Assembly: GCA_964577785.1 (NCBI GenBank) | Contig: CAZOAK010000001.1 | Location: 22,398 to 86,397 of the forward strand | Direction: 5' to 3' | DNA length: 64,000 nt | Origin: an uncultured Candidatus Saccharibacteria bacterium | GTDB lineage: Bacteria; Patescibacteriota; Minisyncoccia; Phycocordibacterales; CAIRYW01 | Part shown: positions 1 to 9,585 of the stretch, piece after piece | Layout: every line of letters starts with the position of its first letter | How positions within the stretch are numbered: the first letter of the stretch is position 1 | Notes under the pieces: generated by a model | The model's database searches: none | Seen by the model: only the letters and a program-made list of their open reading frames with translations | Told to the model about the DNA's origin: nothing | Position numbers and translations under genes: made by a program

Positions 1-664
1 CACAGAATTCCGTAAATGGGCAACTAAGACTCTCAAAGAACACATAACCAAAGGCTACACCATAAATCGTAAACAAATAACTAAAAACTACGATGCCTTC
101 ATGAAATCAGTAGGGGATATTCAAGCACTTCTACCCGAGCACATGAGTTTGGACCCAAAATCTATTCTAGAATTAGTTAAAGAGTTCGGTAGTACATGGA
201 TGTCTCTCGATGCTTATGACAAAGACGCTTTGACAACTGTCGGTAAAACTAAAAAATCAATCAAATTTACAGGTCAGGAATTAACAAATGCGATTCAAAA
301 TCTGCGTACTGAACTCATGAGGAAAGGTGAGGCGACAGATATATTTGCCCAAGAAAGAGCGAATGGGAATATTGAGGGCATAGTTGGTAACGTCATGCAA
401 TCATTCGGTGGTAAGCCGGTATATAAAACAGCTGAAGAAAAATCAGCCAACCTCCTGTATTTCATGGTCAAGAACCACCCATTTGTGGACGGCAACAAAC
501 GTTCAGGAGCTTTCGCATTTATTTGGTTTTTGCGTAAAGTTAAAGTTAAAACGATGAGAAATATTAATCCATCGGCACTGACAGCACTGACACTTCTTAT
601 TGCAGAAAGTGATCCAAGTAAAAAGGATCAAATGGTTGCGCTAGTGACTCAGATGTTGAAATAA
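1..664 (+). CDS. RhuM/Fic-DOC family protein, 5'-partial (reading frame is open from base 2)
   Basis: In-frame upstream translation 'EFRKWATKTLKEHITKGYTINRKQI' matches the RhuM N-region; the Doc-type motif 'HPFVDGNKRSG' is present; the ORF continues to the window edge. Confidence 0.7.
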   Translation, partial: TEFRKWATKTLKEHITKGYTINRKQITKNYDAFMKSVGDIQALLPEHMSLDPKSILELVKEFGSTWMSLDAYDKDALTTVGKTKKSIKFTGQELTNAIQNLRTELMRKGEATDIFAQERANGNIEGIVGNVMQSFGGKPVYKTAEEKSANLLYFMVKNHPFVDGNKRSGAFAFIWFLRKVKVKTMRNINPSALTALTLLIAESDPSKKDQMVALVTQMLK

Positions 665-671
665 ATTTTTT

Positions 672-701
672 CATTTACCCATTCATACGAATGGGTAAAT
701 G
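672..701. repeat. Perfect 30-nt palindrome, family C (catttacccattc-atac-gaatgggtaaatg). It acts as a terminator-like hairpin after the RhuM gene
   Basis: 13-bp stem with a 4-nt loop; a near-identical second copy lies at 48871-48900. Confidence 0.7.
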
Positions 702-742
702 CATTGTGGGTGTTTGTTGGGAGGGGAGAGTGTTTGTTTATT

Positions 743-772
743 GACGAAGTGCAATAAATGTGTAGTATTGAG
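743..772 (+). promoter_or_regulatory. Candidate sigma70-type promoter upstream of the P-II gene (TTGACG -35 with a TAGTAT-like -10)
   Basis: ttgacg(743-748), about 17 nt, tagtat. Judged by eye only. Confidence 0.3.
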
Positions 773-841
773 AGTGGTTAGCTTGCTCTTAAGACTGTGC
801 GTCTTGGCTATATCAGAACTCAGCAACCAAACGAAGCTTAA

Positions 842-1189
<348 letters not shown>

Positions 1190-1299
1190 CACTTTCTGCG
1201 TCCTTGTCATTAACTCATACCCTAGCGGTGTGAGTTTTTTTATTTTAATATTTTTTCATATGTTATAATTGCTATTATTAAATATTTACTAATTTTTAT

Positions 1300-1827
1300 A
1301 TGTCAAAAACAACAATTGGTATTTTTGCAGGAATAGTGGTGATTGTAGTTGCTGGATATTTTGGTTTTAGTTCTAAAAGTGATGATGTGAGTGATTCAGA
1401 AAAGGGTGAGATGATGGAGAATAATTCTGGTAAGAAAATGGCGTTCTCTGAATTTATTAAGCAGGGTGGGTCATATGAGTGTACAGTGAATCAGAATGTC
1501 TCTGGTACTGATACAAAAGGCACAACATTTATTTCTGGAGGAAATATCCGCGGTGAATATAATACAAAAACTCAAGGTATGAGTATCGATACTAATTTTA
1601 TTGTGAAGGACGGGTATAGTTATACATGGACTTCAATGATGCCAAATATTGGTTTTAAAACTAAGGTTGTAGCTAGTGCTGATGCTAATATAAATGCACC
1701 GACATCGGGGCAGTATAGCTTTAATGCAGAGCAAATAGGGGATTATGAATGTAAAGCGTGGAATGCAGACGAATCAAAATTTGCGATTCCAAGTACAATC
1801 AAGTTCCAGGATATGAGTGGGAAGTAG
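1300..1827 (+). CDS. Hypothetical membrane-anchored/secreted protein
   Basis: N-terminal hydrophobic helix 'IGIFAGIVVIVVAGYFGF'. No recognisable domain. Confidence 0.5.
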   Translation: MSKTTIGIFAGIVVIVVAGYFGFSSKSDDVSDSEKGEMMENNSGKKMAFSEFIKQGGSYECTVNQNVSGTDTKGTTFISGGNIRGEYNTKTQGMSIDTNFIVKDGYSYTWTSMMPNIGFKTKVVASADANINAPTSGQYSFNAEQIGDYECKAWNADESKFAIPSTIKFQDMSGK

Positions 1828-1852
1828 AGTGGGGGATAATTGAGAATGATTG

Positions 1853-1889
1853 AAGCCGGAGTTCTGTGCGCACAGAACTCCGGCTTTTG
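1853..1889 (+). terminator. Rho-independent terminator
   Basis: Perfect palindrome agccggagttctgtgcg/cgcacagaactccggct followed by TTT. Confidence 0.75.
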
Positions 1890-2166
1890 AAACCTACTTT
1901 CTCCTTTCTATCTCCTGTCGATTATATTCCATTCTCGACTGTTTATAGTCGCGCCTCGGAGCCTACAGTTGTAACTGTGTTCGTAACCACGAGACTGCAC
2001 CCAACAATTCTTCACAGGGGTATACCCTAGTTTCCACTGTGTTACCAGATCAGAAAGCGACTTCGTACATAGGAACGAACTTAAGCCAGTATTAAAATAG
2101 CATATTGGACCTCATACTCAAAATGTTAGAAATCTGTATGTTAGAGATTTATGATATTATTTATAT

Positions 2167-3942
2167 ATGAAATTTCAAAGACTTCAAAATAGAAAATTTA
2201 TAAGAAGAATTCAGATTTTGGCAGTATTAGTTGTATTTGTTTTGCCGTCTGCACTATCGGCTGAAGTTGTTCAATATGGATTGAATACCGCATCACTTTC
2301 AGAACAAGGAGAGAAAATATTAAATTTCTATAGTGATATTAATTTGAAAGCCGATGCGACAGTGGAAGTGGTTGAAACTATAAGAGTGATTGCATTAGGT
2401 CAAGAAATAAAACGCGGTATCTACCGAGATTTTCCAACCAAGTATCAAGACAGATATGGCAATAGTCATAATGTAGGATTCGAAATTCTCAGTGTCACGA
2501 GAGACGGAGTAACAGAAGATTATCATACTGAGAATATGGATAATGGAATTCGGGTGTATTTCGGTAATGCAGATGTTTATTTAACTCTGGGGGTTTATAC
2601 ATACCAATTTACTTATAAAACTGATAGACAGGTAGGATATTTTGAGGGTCATGATGAATTCTATTGGAATGTGACGGGTAATGGCTGGGTATTTCCTATT
2701 GATAATGCAAGTGCCCGCGTTACATTGCCTCAGATTGTAAATAAAGAATTATTGACCGCATCTGGATATACAGGTCCAGAAGGTTCCAAAGCGGCAGATC
2801 TAGTGACACTACCTGAAGAATCTTCGGCTACATTTATGACTACTAAACCACTTAATGCCCATGAAGGTCTGACGATTGTTTTGGAATTCCCAAAGGGAAT
2901 AATTCACGAGCCAACTAATTGGGAGAATTTTAAATATTTTTTGAGAGATAATTATGTCGTAGGGATAGATATAATTTTGCTTATTTTGGTATTTATGTAT
3001 TTTTATAATATATGGAATAAGGTAGGAAGGGATCCACGGTCTCGATCAATTATTCCACAGTATGAATCTCCAAGAGGATTATCTCCTGGGTCTGTTCGGT
3101 ATGTTTCAAAGATGGGATTTGATAAAAAGTCACTCGTTGCAATTATTATTAATTTAGCAGTAAAAGGATGTATAAAGATAGACGAAGAGAAAAGTAAGTA
3201 TAAGTTAACCTTATTTAATAAGGAAAATGTGAAATTAAGTGTTGAAGAGGAGATACTAATGAAACACTTTTTTGAAGGTGGAGATACTTTTGAAATAAAA
3301 CAGACAAATTATGAAAAGATGATGAAGTGTGAGAGAGATATAAGTATAGGTTTGAACAAGGAGCATGGAGATACTTTTTTTGAAAACAATGGTTGGTATA
3401 TAGCAAAAGGTGCAGGATTTGCGTTTATTGCAATATTTATAATTATAATACTAAGATCATTTCAAAGTGGAATAGTGACACTTATCACAGTGTTGTGCCT
3501 TATTGCTATAACATCAATTTTCTTTAGAATTATTCCTCGCCGTACAGTATTGGGTAGACAAGTTCAAGACGAGATAGAAGGATTCAAAATGTTTCTTGCT
3601 GTCACTGAAAAGGATCGAATGAATTTCCATAATCCACCAGAGAGAACTCCGGAATTATTTGAAAAGTTTTTGCCTTTTGCTTTAGCACTTGGAGTGGAGA
3701 ATAAATGGGCGGAACAATTCGAAGATGTATTTAATAAGCTTGGTCCAGATGGATATAGTCCTACTTGGTATCATGGGAATGCACTTTCTGTTGGGACTCT
3801 TAGTGGATTTACAAACAAAATGTCTAGCGGAATGAGTAGTACTATATCTTCTTCATCTACTCCTCCTGGGTCATCCTCTGGTTCTGGTGGAGGAGGTTCA
3901 AGTGGTGGTGGAGGCGGAGGAGGGGGTGGTGGGGGATGGTAA
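2167..3942 (+). CDS. DUF2207-family membrane protein with a Gly-rich C-terminal tail
   Basis: Signal peptide, then a large extracytoplasmic domain ('GIYRDFPTKY...YTYQFTYKTDRQVGYF...FYWNVTGNGW'), then two TM helices, ending in 'SSGGGGSSGGGGGGGGGGGW'. Confidence 0.7.
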   Translation: MKFQRLQNRKFIRRIQILAVLVVFVLPSALSAEVVQYGLNTASLSEQGEKILNFYSDINLKADATVEVVETIRVIALGQEIKRGIYRDFPTKYQDRYGNSHNVGFEILSVTRDGVTEDYHTENMDNGIRVYFGNADVYLTLGVYTYQFTYKTDRQVGYFEGHDEFYWNVTGNGWVFPIDNASARVTLPQIVNKELLTASGYTGPEGSKAADLVTLPEESSATFMTTKPLNAHEGLTIVLEFPKGIIHEPTNWENFKYFLRDNYVVGIDIILLILVFMYFYNIWNKVGRDPRSRSIIPQYESPRGLSPGSVRYVSKMGFDKKSLVAIIINLAVKGCIKIDEEKSKYKLTLFNKENVKLSVEEEILMKHFFEGGDTFEIKQTNYEKMMKCERDISIGLNKEHGDTFFENNGWYIAKGAGFAFIAIFIIIILRSFQSGIVTLITVLCLIAITSIFFRIIPRRTVLGRQVQDEIEGFKMFLAVTEKDRMNFHNPPERTPELFEKFLPFALALGVENKWAEQFEDVFNKLGPDGYSPTWYHGNALSVGTLSGFTNKMSSGMSSTISSSSTPPGSSSGSGGGGSSGGGGGGGGGGGW

Positions 3943-3943
3943 A

Positions 3944-3985
3944 TCCAGCACTAAATTTTTTGCAATAAAAATTTAGTGCTGGATA
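3944..3985. repeat. Palindromic repeat element, family B (atccagcactaaattttt...aaaaatttagtgctggat). Terminator-like
   Basis: 17-18-bp perfect stem. A second copy lies at 25415-25454. Confidence 0.7.
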
Positions 3986-3998
3986 AATATAAATAAAA

Positions 3999-4238
3999 AT
4001 GAGTACTAAACTTTTAATCGATGTTAGATCTGAAGATGAATTTGAGGGTGGGCACAGAGACGGTGCTGTGAATGTTCCAATTGAAAATATTATGTCTGGA
4101 GATCTTGGGGTCATTGCCACTTTGCCAAAGGATACAGAAATACAATGTTATTGTGCATCTGGTGCCAGATCGGCGGTAGTTAAACAAATTCTAAATCAGA
4201 ACGGATACATGAATGTTACAAATCTTGGAGGATTATGA
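3999..4238 (+). CDS. Single-domain rhodanese-like sulfurtransferase
   Basis: 'LIDVRSEDEFEGGH' and the active-site loop 'CYCASGARS'. Confidence 0.8.
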   Translation: MSTKLLIDVRSEDEFEGGHRDGAVNVPIENIMSGDLGVIATLPKDTEIQCYCASGARSAVVKQILNQNGYMNVTNLGGL

Positions 4239-4265
4239 TTCTGTAAATGGGTGTATAATTGAGAT

Positions 4266-4850
4266 ATGACTTATATTCTAAATCTTTTGAAAAAACACAG
4301 GTTCGCAATACTCAGCGCCATTATTATTTGTAGTCTTGTCGCAATTGTTGAACTCAGTACTGGGCGATCTCCATTAGGTCCTGATGGTAAATTCGGTTGG
4401 TGGGATGGAAATATTTGGGGTAGTGAGAATTCTCAACGAGTGGCTGATGCATATTCGTTTTCTCACATAATTCACGGAATCTTATTTTATGCTTTTCTTT
4501 GGCTTGTAGCACGGAAGCTCCCAATGAAATATCGTTTTGTCATTGCGCTTATTATGGAGGCCGGTTGGGAACTTCTAGAAAATTCTCCATTTATAATTAA
4601 TCGATATCGTGAGGCGACAATCGCACAGGGTTATATCGGAGATAGTGTTTTGAATTCTGTGTGCGATGTTCTAATGGTTGTTATAGGATTCCTTATTGCG
4701 CGATTCTATAAAGTCTGGGTAAGTATCGCGCTTATAATTATTATGGAGCTCGGTTGTCTGTTTTGGATTCGAGATAATTTAACTTTAAATGTGGTGATGC
4801 TAGTTCATCCAGTAGAATCAATCAGGGATTGGCAGTCTGAGGGACATTAA
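4266..4850 (+). CDS. DUF2585-like polytopic membrane protein
   Basis: Four to five TM helices. The 'GWELLENSPFIINRYREATIAQGYIGDS' region resembles UPF0314/DUF2585. Confidence 0.55.
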   Translation: MTYILNLLKKHRFAILSAIIICSLVAIVELSTGRSPLGPDGKFGWWDGNIWGSENSQRVADAYSFSHIIHGILFYAFLWLVARKLPMKYRFVIALIMEAGWELLENSPFIINRYREATIAQGYIGDSVLNSVCDVLMVVIGFLIARFYKVWVSIALIIIMELGCLFWIRDNLTLNVVMLVHPVESIRDWQSEGH

Positions 4851-4977
4851 ATTAAGTATTCAATTTTCAAGTTATCAATTTTCAATTCTGTAAGGGTAAC
4901 ATGATTAGTACGTCTTAAATTATGAGATATAAAATTATTACATAATTATTATTAACTACTTAACTTTTTCTAACGGG

Positions 4978-5832
4978 ATGAATAAAAACACAACATACAC
5001 GATTTTAGCTTTTTCAATCCTAATTACTTTAGGCCTACTTTTTGTTGGTATTTATAAGAATAAATCAGTTGCAGTAACTACATACAATGAATGTGTTTTG
5101 GCTGGTTATCCAATTCTAGAGACATATCCAGAGCAATGTAAAACTCCAGATGGTAAGACATTTGTACGACCAATAACACCCCCTGTAAATTCTGGAACTA
5201 CAAATAAAGATATAGGGGATGATTTGGTTCTTGATAACATCACATATAATCAAATAGTTACAAGTCCTCTAGTCATTACGGGTAAGGCACGCAATTTATA
5301 TTTTGAGGGATCATTCCCAATTAAACTTCTTGATTCTAAAGGAAATATTTTGGCACAGGTGCCTGCACAAGCACAGGGGGAATGGATGACTAATGAATTT
5401 GTTCCATTTAAGGCGAACATAACATTTAAGGCACCGGTTCAAGGTGGTGCGGGAACACTTATATTTCAAAACGATAATCCGTCAGGAATTCCAGAGAATC
5501 TAAGAGAGCTTATAATTCCAGTTAGATTTGCTTCTACTGTATCAAGTGTTGCTAAATTTGATACAAATATAAGTATGGAGATTGGAAACAAAATAACTTT
5601 TCCTGACACATTGGTTGTCGAGTTGGAAAACATTGAGGATTCTCTGTGTAAACCTGATGTTCAATGTATCTGGGCAGGAGAATTAAGTCCTGTACTCAGA
5701 GTAGGGAAAGCGCGTAGTATTGTCCGCCTTGGCACATCAACTAAAACTTCTGTTACATTTGGTAACTACACCTTCACCTTGAATAGTGCGACAGAGACAG
5801 TTGCAAATATATCTGTAAAGAAAAATAATTAA
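4978..5832 (+). CDS. Secreted protein with a Gmad2-like Ig domain (hypothetical)
   Basis: N-terminal signal anchor. 'VITGKARNLYFEGSFPIKLLDSKGNILAQ...GEWMTNEFVPFKANITF' resembles Gmad2/GerM-type Ig-like domains. Confidence 0.45.
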   Translation: MNKNTTYTILAFSILITLGLLFVGIYKNKSVAVTTYNECVLAGYPILETYPEQCKTPDGKTFVRPITPPVNSGTTNKDIGDDLVLDNITYNQIVTSPLVITGKARNLYFEGSFPIKLLDSKGNILAQVPAQAQGEWMTNEFVPFKANITFKAPVQGGAGTLIFQNDNPSGIPENLRELIIPVRFASTVSSVAKFDTNISMEIGNKITFPDTLVVELENIEDSLCKPDVQCIWAGELSPVLRVGKARSIVRLGTSTKTSVTFGNYTFTLNSATETVANISVKKNN

Positions 5833-5921
5833 TCTATATTATTTTAATATCCTACAGAATACTGGAATGATAAAACAAGGGGTGTGTATCAATAGAAGTG
5901 GTTTTTTGCTATGATTCAAGG

Positions 5922-6494
5922 ATGAAAATCAAATCAGCTGTATTCATGAGAGGGGTAAAGGGGGATAATGATATCCTGGACGATGGTGTGCCTCAGGTGG
6001 CCTTTATAGGGCGTTCTAATGCTGGTAAATCATCTCTCATCAATTCTTTTACAGGTATTAAGGATCTAGCAAGGACGAGTGCTACTCCGGGGCGGACTCA
6101 AGAATTAAATGTTTTTATGATTAATAAAAGCCACTATTTTATTGACCTTCCTGGGTATGGATTCGCTAAAACTACTTTTGAAGCATGGCAGAAGCTTAAC
6201 AAAATGATCTATTGGTATTTGTTTGATTCAAAACATAATCCAAAAGTAGTTTTGATTATTGATGCAGAGATAGGTCCGACATTGGATGACCTTGGTATGC
6301 TTAAATTCCTAGAGGAAAGAGGTAGAGAGATTGTAATCGTAGCAAACAAAGTGGATAAAATAAAAAAATCTCAGTATTTAAATCAGCTTAAAAAGATTGG
6401 TGAAAAAATTGTCGGTCACAAAATAATTCCTTATTCTTCTAAAACTAAAGTGGGAATTGGAGAGTTGTCTGATGAATTGTTAGGAAGAAGATAA
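5922..6494 (+). CDS. engB: Ribosome-biogenesis GTPase EngB/YsxC (YihA)
   Basis: 'VAFIGRSNAGKSSLINSF' G1 motif, 'DLPGYGFAK' G3 motif, and 'NKVDK'. The start is taken at MKIKSAVF; AAGGA lies 5 nt upstream. Confidence 0.85.
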   Translation: MKIKSAVFMRGVKGDNDILDDGVPQVAFIGRSNAGKSSLINSFTGIKDLARTSATPGRTQELNVFMINKSHYFIDLPGYGFAKTTFEAWQKLNKMIYWYLFDSKHNPKVVLIIDAEIGPTLDDLGMLKFLEERGREIVIVANKVDKIKKSQYLNQLKKIGEKIVGHKIIPYSSKTKVGIGELSDELLGRR

Positions 6495-6523
6495 ATAATA
6501 AAATATAAAAAAACTACTCGATA

Positions 6524-6871
6524 CTAGATCGAGTAGTCGTGCTCAATGGTCTGACTCATATCCCAAGTGTAATTATCACTGTCTTGCCACAATCGAATCA
6601 TGTACGGCACTCTGCCGACAATTTCTTGAAGAATTATTATCCTCGTCTTGTCTGGAAGTGTGAAAATCGCGTTGATAGCTATCGAATTTCCAAAACTTTT
6701 CATTTTCTGGTAGTAACGATACGTCAATTCGAAGTAAACTTCAGGAGTGATTTGTTCTATGATTTGATCAAACAGTAATCTATTGCAACGGCAGTCACCG
6801 TTTAGATATGCTCGGTTAGTGCCATTTTTCCAACCACCTGGTTCGGGAGAAGAACGAATTATTCTAGACAT
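6524..6871 (-). CDS. Hypothetical protein (115 aa)
   Basis: ORF followed on its own strand by a 10-bp hairpin (6517-6541) plus a T-run. No recognisable domain. Confidence 0.4.
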   Translation of the reverse strand: MSRIIRSSPEPGGWKNGTNRAYLNGDCRCNRLLFDQIIEQITPEVYFELTYRYYQKMKSFGNSIAINAIFTLPDKTRIIILQEIVGRVPYMIRLWQDSDNYTWDMSQTIEHDYSI

Positions 6872-6933
6872 ACTGTATACATAGTACCAATATGAGAGTA
6901 AAGAAACAAATTTTGTTTATTTGCTTTTAATTT

Positions 6934-7152
6934 GTGATTCATTCTATAATTACTATGTCAGATTTACTATTTAATCACACTAATTTTATGATGAAATATT
7001 ATGGACATGGATTTGAGTATGGTGGAATGATGGGGTCATCAATTATTTGTTCCTTGATTTCTGCGGTTGTATTTATTGATCTCGTACTTTTGGGAATTTG
7101 GCTTTGGAAGAAAATAGAAAATGAAAAGAGTAGAAATCACAAGTCAGAATAA
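6934..7152 (+). CDS. Small membrane protein
   Basis: One TM helix 'ICSLISAVVFIDLVLLGIWLW'. A terminator follows immediately. Confidence 0.4.
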   Translation: MIHSIITMSDLLFNHTNFMMKYYGHGFEYGGMMGSSIICSLISAVVFIDLVLLGIWLWKKIENEKSRNHKSE

Positions 7153-7187
7153 AAAACAAAACCGCCTTAAGGCGGTTTTGTTTTTTG
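7153..7187 (+). terminator. Rho-independent terminator
   Basis: aaaacaaaaccgcc-ttaa-ggcggttttgtttt followed by TT. Confidence 0.75.
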
Positions 7188-7206
7188 GGAATGATATAAT
7201 ATCCCA

Positions 7207-7791
7207 ATGAATATTTTTGGTAGTAATTTAACGCGAACTTTCTATGTTGGTCAAAGTGAAATACCAGTTTTGGTCTGTGCTAGAAAGGGGTCTAAAAAAA
7301 TAAATATTACAGTCAGGACAGACGGAACAGTTAGGGTTACTCACCCGCGTTTGGTCAGAAATAGTTATATTATGAAGTTCGTAGAATCAAAATCTGAATG
7401 GATTGAATCCAAGGTAAAATATTTTAAGAATAGAAACCCTATTTTAAGTCTTAAGCACAAAAGGTTAGAATACATAAAGTATTCTGAAAAGGCTATCGTT
7501 TTGGTAAAGGAAAGATTAAAATATTTTAATCAGTACTACAATTTAGAATATAAGAATATTTCAGTCAAAAATCAAAAGACTAGATGGGGGAGCTGTTCGT
7601 CTAGAAAAAACCTATCATTTAATTACAAAATAATTTTTTTACCGCCAGAGTTGCAAGACTATTTAGTAGTTCACGAATTATGCCATTTAAAAGAAATGAA
7701 TCACTCCAAAAAATTTTGGAATTTAGTGGGAGAGAAGATTTTGGATTATAAAAAGTTAAGTAAGTCACTTAGGATTGGTGATTTTAAATAA
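7207..7791 (+). CDS. YgjP-like (DUF45/M48-family) zinc metallohydrolase
   Basis: 'RWGSCS...LPPELQDYLVVHELCHLKEMNHSKKFW' carries the HExxH motif typical of DUF45/SprT-like hydrolases. Confidence 0.8.
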   Translation: MNIFGSNLTRTFYVGQSEIPVLVCARKGSKKINITVRTDGTVRVTHPRLVRNSYIMKFVESKSEWIESKVKYFKNRNPILSLKHKRLEYIKYSEKAIVLVKERLKYFNQYYNLEYKNISVKNQKTRWGSCSSRKNLSFNYKIIFLPPELQDYLVVHELCHLKEMNHSKKFWNLVGEKILDYKKLSKSLRIGDFK

Positions 7792-7792
7792 T

Positions 7793-8065
7793 ATGGACTA
7801 TTACGTTTATATTTTAGAATGCGCGGACAAGACTTTATATATTGGATCAACTAATGATCTTAAGAAAAGAGTTGTAGCTCACAATACTTTAAAAACTGGC
7901 GCGCATTACACAAAAATCAGAAGACCTGTAACACTTAAATATTCTGAGAAGTTTAAAACTAAAAGCGAGGCAATGAAAAGGGAGTGTGTTTTGAAGAAAT
8001 TAACTAGGAAAGAAAAATTGAAATTAATTAATAAAAAACCTCACTCGACGACGAATCGCGAGTGA
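7793..8065 (+). CDS. GIY-YIG nuclease-family protein (UPF0213-like)
   Basis: 'YYVYILECADKTLYIGSTNDLKKRVVAHN' is the GIY-YIG signature. The start overlaps the stop of the upstream gene. Confidence 0.8.
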   Translation: MDYYVYILECADKTLYIGSTNDLKKRVVAHNTLKTGAHYTKIRRPVTLKYSEKFKTKSEAMKRECVLKKLTRKEKLKLINKKPHSTTNRE

Positions 8066-8084
8066 GGGTTGATTGTTGAGGGTG

Positions 8085-8429
8085 TTACTCCTTGGGCTTA
8101 ATGACGTCGGAATGAAGCGAATCCCAAAGCGCTAGAATATCCAAACACTTTTTGGTAACGCGAGCGGTAACTTTTCTACGGTCATCCACGGCATGTATGC
8201 GTTCAACATAGCCCAGTTTCTCCATTCGGTCGATCATTCCGGTGGTAGCAGCTGTGGTGTGTCCCATTTTCCGAGCAATGTCGGTCATTGTGATTGATTT
8301 GTCATTTTCACTCGGTGAGGCCAGCCATTTTAGGAGGCACATTTGGCTTAATGTAATGCCTCCAGTTTTCTGCGACCATGCATTGAGTGAGAGCATGAAG
8401 ATGCTCATCTCGAGTGTCAGTGTTGTCAT
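8085..8429 (-). CDS. MarR-family transcriptional regulator
   Basis: Winged-HTH region 'LSQMCLLKWL...SITMTDIARKMGHTTAATTGMIDRMEKLGYVER...DRRKV'. Confidence 0.7.
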   Translation of the reverse strand: MTTLTLEMSIFMLSLNAWSQKTGGITLSQMCLLKWLASPSENDKSITMTDIARKMGHTTAATTGMIDRMEKLGYVERIHAVDDRRKVTARVTKKCLDILALWDSLHSDVIKPKE

Positions 8430-8858
8430 TTGTCAGTAAACCTCCAAAGGAGGATTTGGTATTTTGCTTGTGCGCTTCCTAGTGAGAGAAGCTTTGTGAC
8501 TAACCGCGCTCACTCGCGGGCCGCATCCGGGGATATGCTACAAATTACTCTGTAGCACTCCAAGTTTTTTATTGGGCAAGGGTTGTATTCTGATTTGAGA
8601 CCAGAGCAACTAGTTGTTTTACCCCAATTCACCTTGGTACAGACGGCTTTTTACTACCTCCTCAACAATTTTATATGAAGCGAAGGCAGAGATCGGTTTA
8701 CATATATTTCTACATATAAAACAAGCTCCACCTTCGCGTTAAAAAGAACATTGTTTAACCGCTAGTATTATGGCATTATTTTAACCAAAAATCAATAGTT
8801 CGAGCAAAAACTTAGTCCCTTTCAAAATGGAAACTATTTTAATTTGTACTATAATTGA

Positions 8859-9278
8859 GTGATGAATAAAGATAAAAAAATTGTGTCTCTGTTTATATTA
8901 TCAATTTTAGGTTTTTGGTTTTCTGGATATTTGAGCGGAATAAAGTTTTTGAGTGAGACGTGTGCATTCGGTGAGTCATGCCCATATTTTTTGGGATATC
9001 CTGCATGCTATTTTGGTTTTATAATGTTTACTTTATTATTAATATTTAGTTTTGGATTGACATTTGGCAGAGTAAATATTCAAACTGGGATAAAGGGAGT
9101 TATGTCTGTATCATTTCTTGGAATATTATTTGCTGGATATTTCACACTATATGAGATTCCGGTTTTATTCCAAAAAGGTTTGAGTGCTTATGTATTAGGG
9201 CTTCCTACTTGTGCATTAGGACTTATATTTTATGTTCTAGTATTCTGCATTGGGATATCTGCTAAGAAAAAATATTAA
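8859..9278 (+). CDS. Small polytopic membrane protein with a Cys-rich loop
   Basis: Four TM helices. The 'CAFGESCPYFLGYPAC' loop is loosely VKOR/DsbB-like, but no CxxC. Confidence 0.45.
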   Translation: MMNKDKKIVSLFILSILGFWFSGYLSGIKFLSETCAFGESCPYFLGYPACYFGFIMFTLLLIFSFGLTFGRVNIQTGIKGVMSVSFLGILFAGYFTLYEIPVLFQKGLSAYVLGLPTCALGLIFYVLVFCIGISAKKKY

Positions 9279-9585
9279 ATTATTTAAATTTTGGGTAACG
9301 AAAACCGCTCAACACAACGAAAGTTGGATGAGCGGCTCGATTTACCATTGTGGGTTTACACTTGTAAACCTATAGGAACTTCTTGGGACGTACTTCGTCC
9401 TCGGAGCGAATCTAGTCTCTGCTTTAGGGGCTTCGATAAGATCCATATCCTATTTCACAGTACGCGAGCTGCATACTGAGATAAGGGAATTGGTGATCCC
9501 TGGAATGTACAATGCGGAAAGTTAACCGCGTTTCTAATTATCATCCGGACTAGGGATAGGGGAAGGGAAAAAGTCCGAACTTAAA

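Noticed and set aside
2030-2100. A minus-strand thi-box-like segment (cugaucugg...uaggg) suggesting a TPP riboswitch
   Set aside because: There is no CUGAGA or P2/P3 portion and no downstream gene on that strand.
9555-9585. The string 'ggaagggaaaaagtccgaac' resembles the RNase P RNA P4 strand (GGAAAGUCCGG)
   Set aside because: An RNase P RNA starting here on the plus strand would run 350 nt into the clearly coding C-terminus of the lysozyme gene. No matching 3' P4 strand was seen. It is kept only as part of the generic candidate-ncRNA finding.
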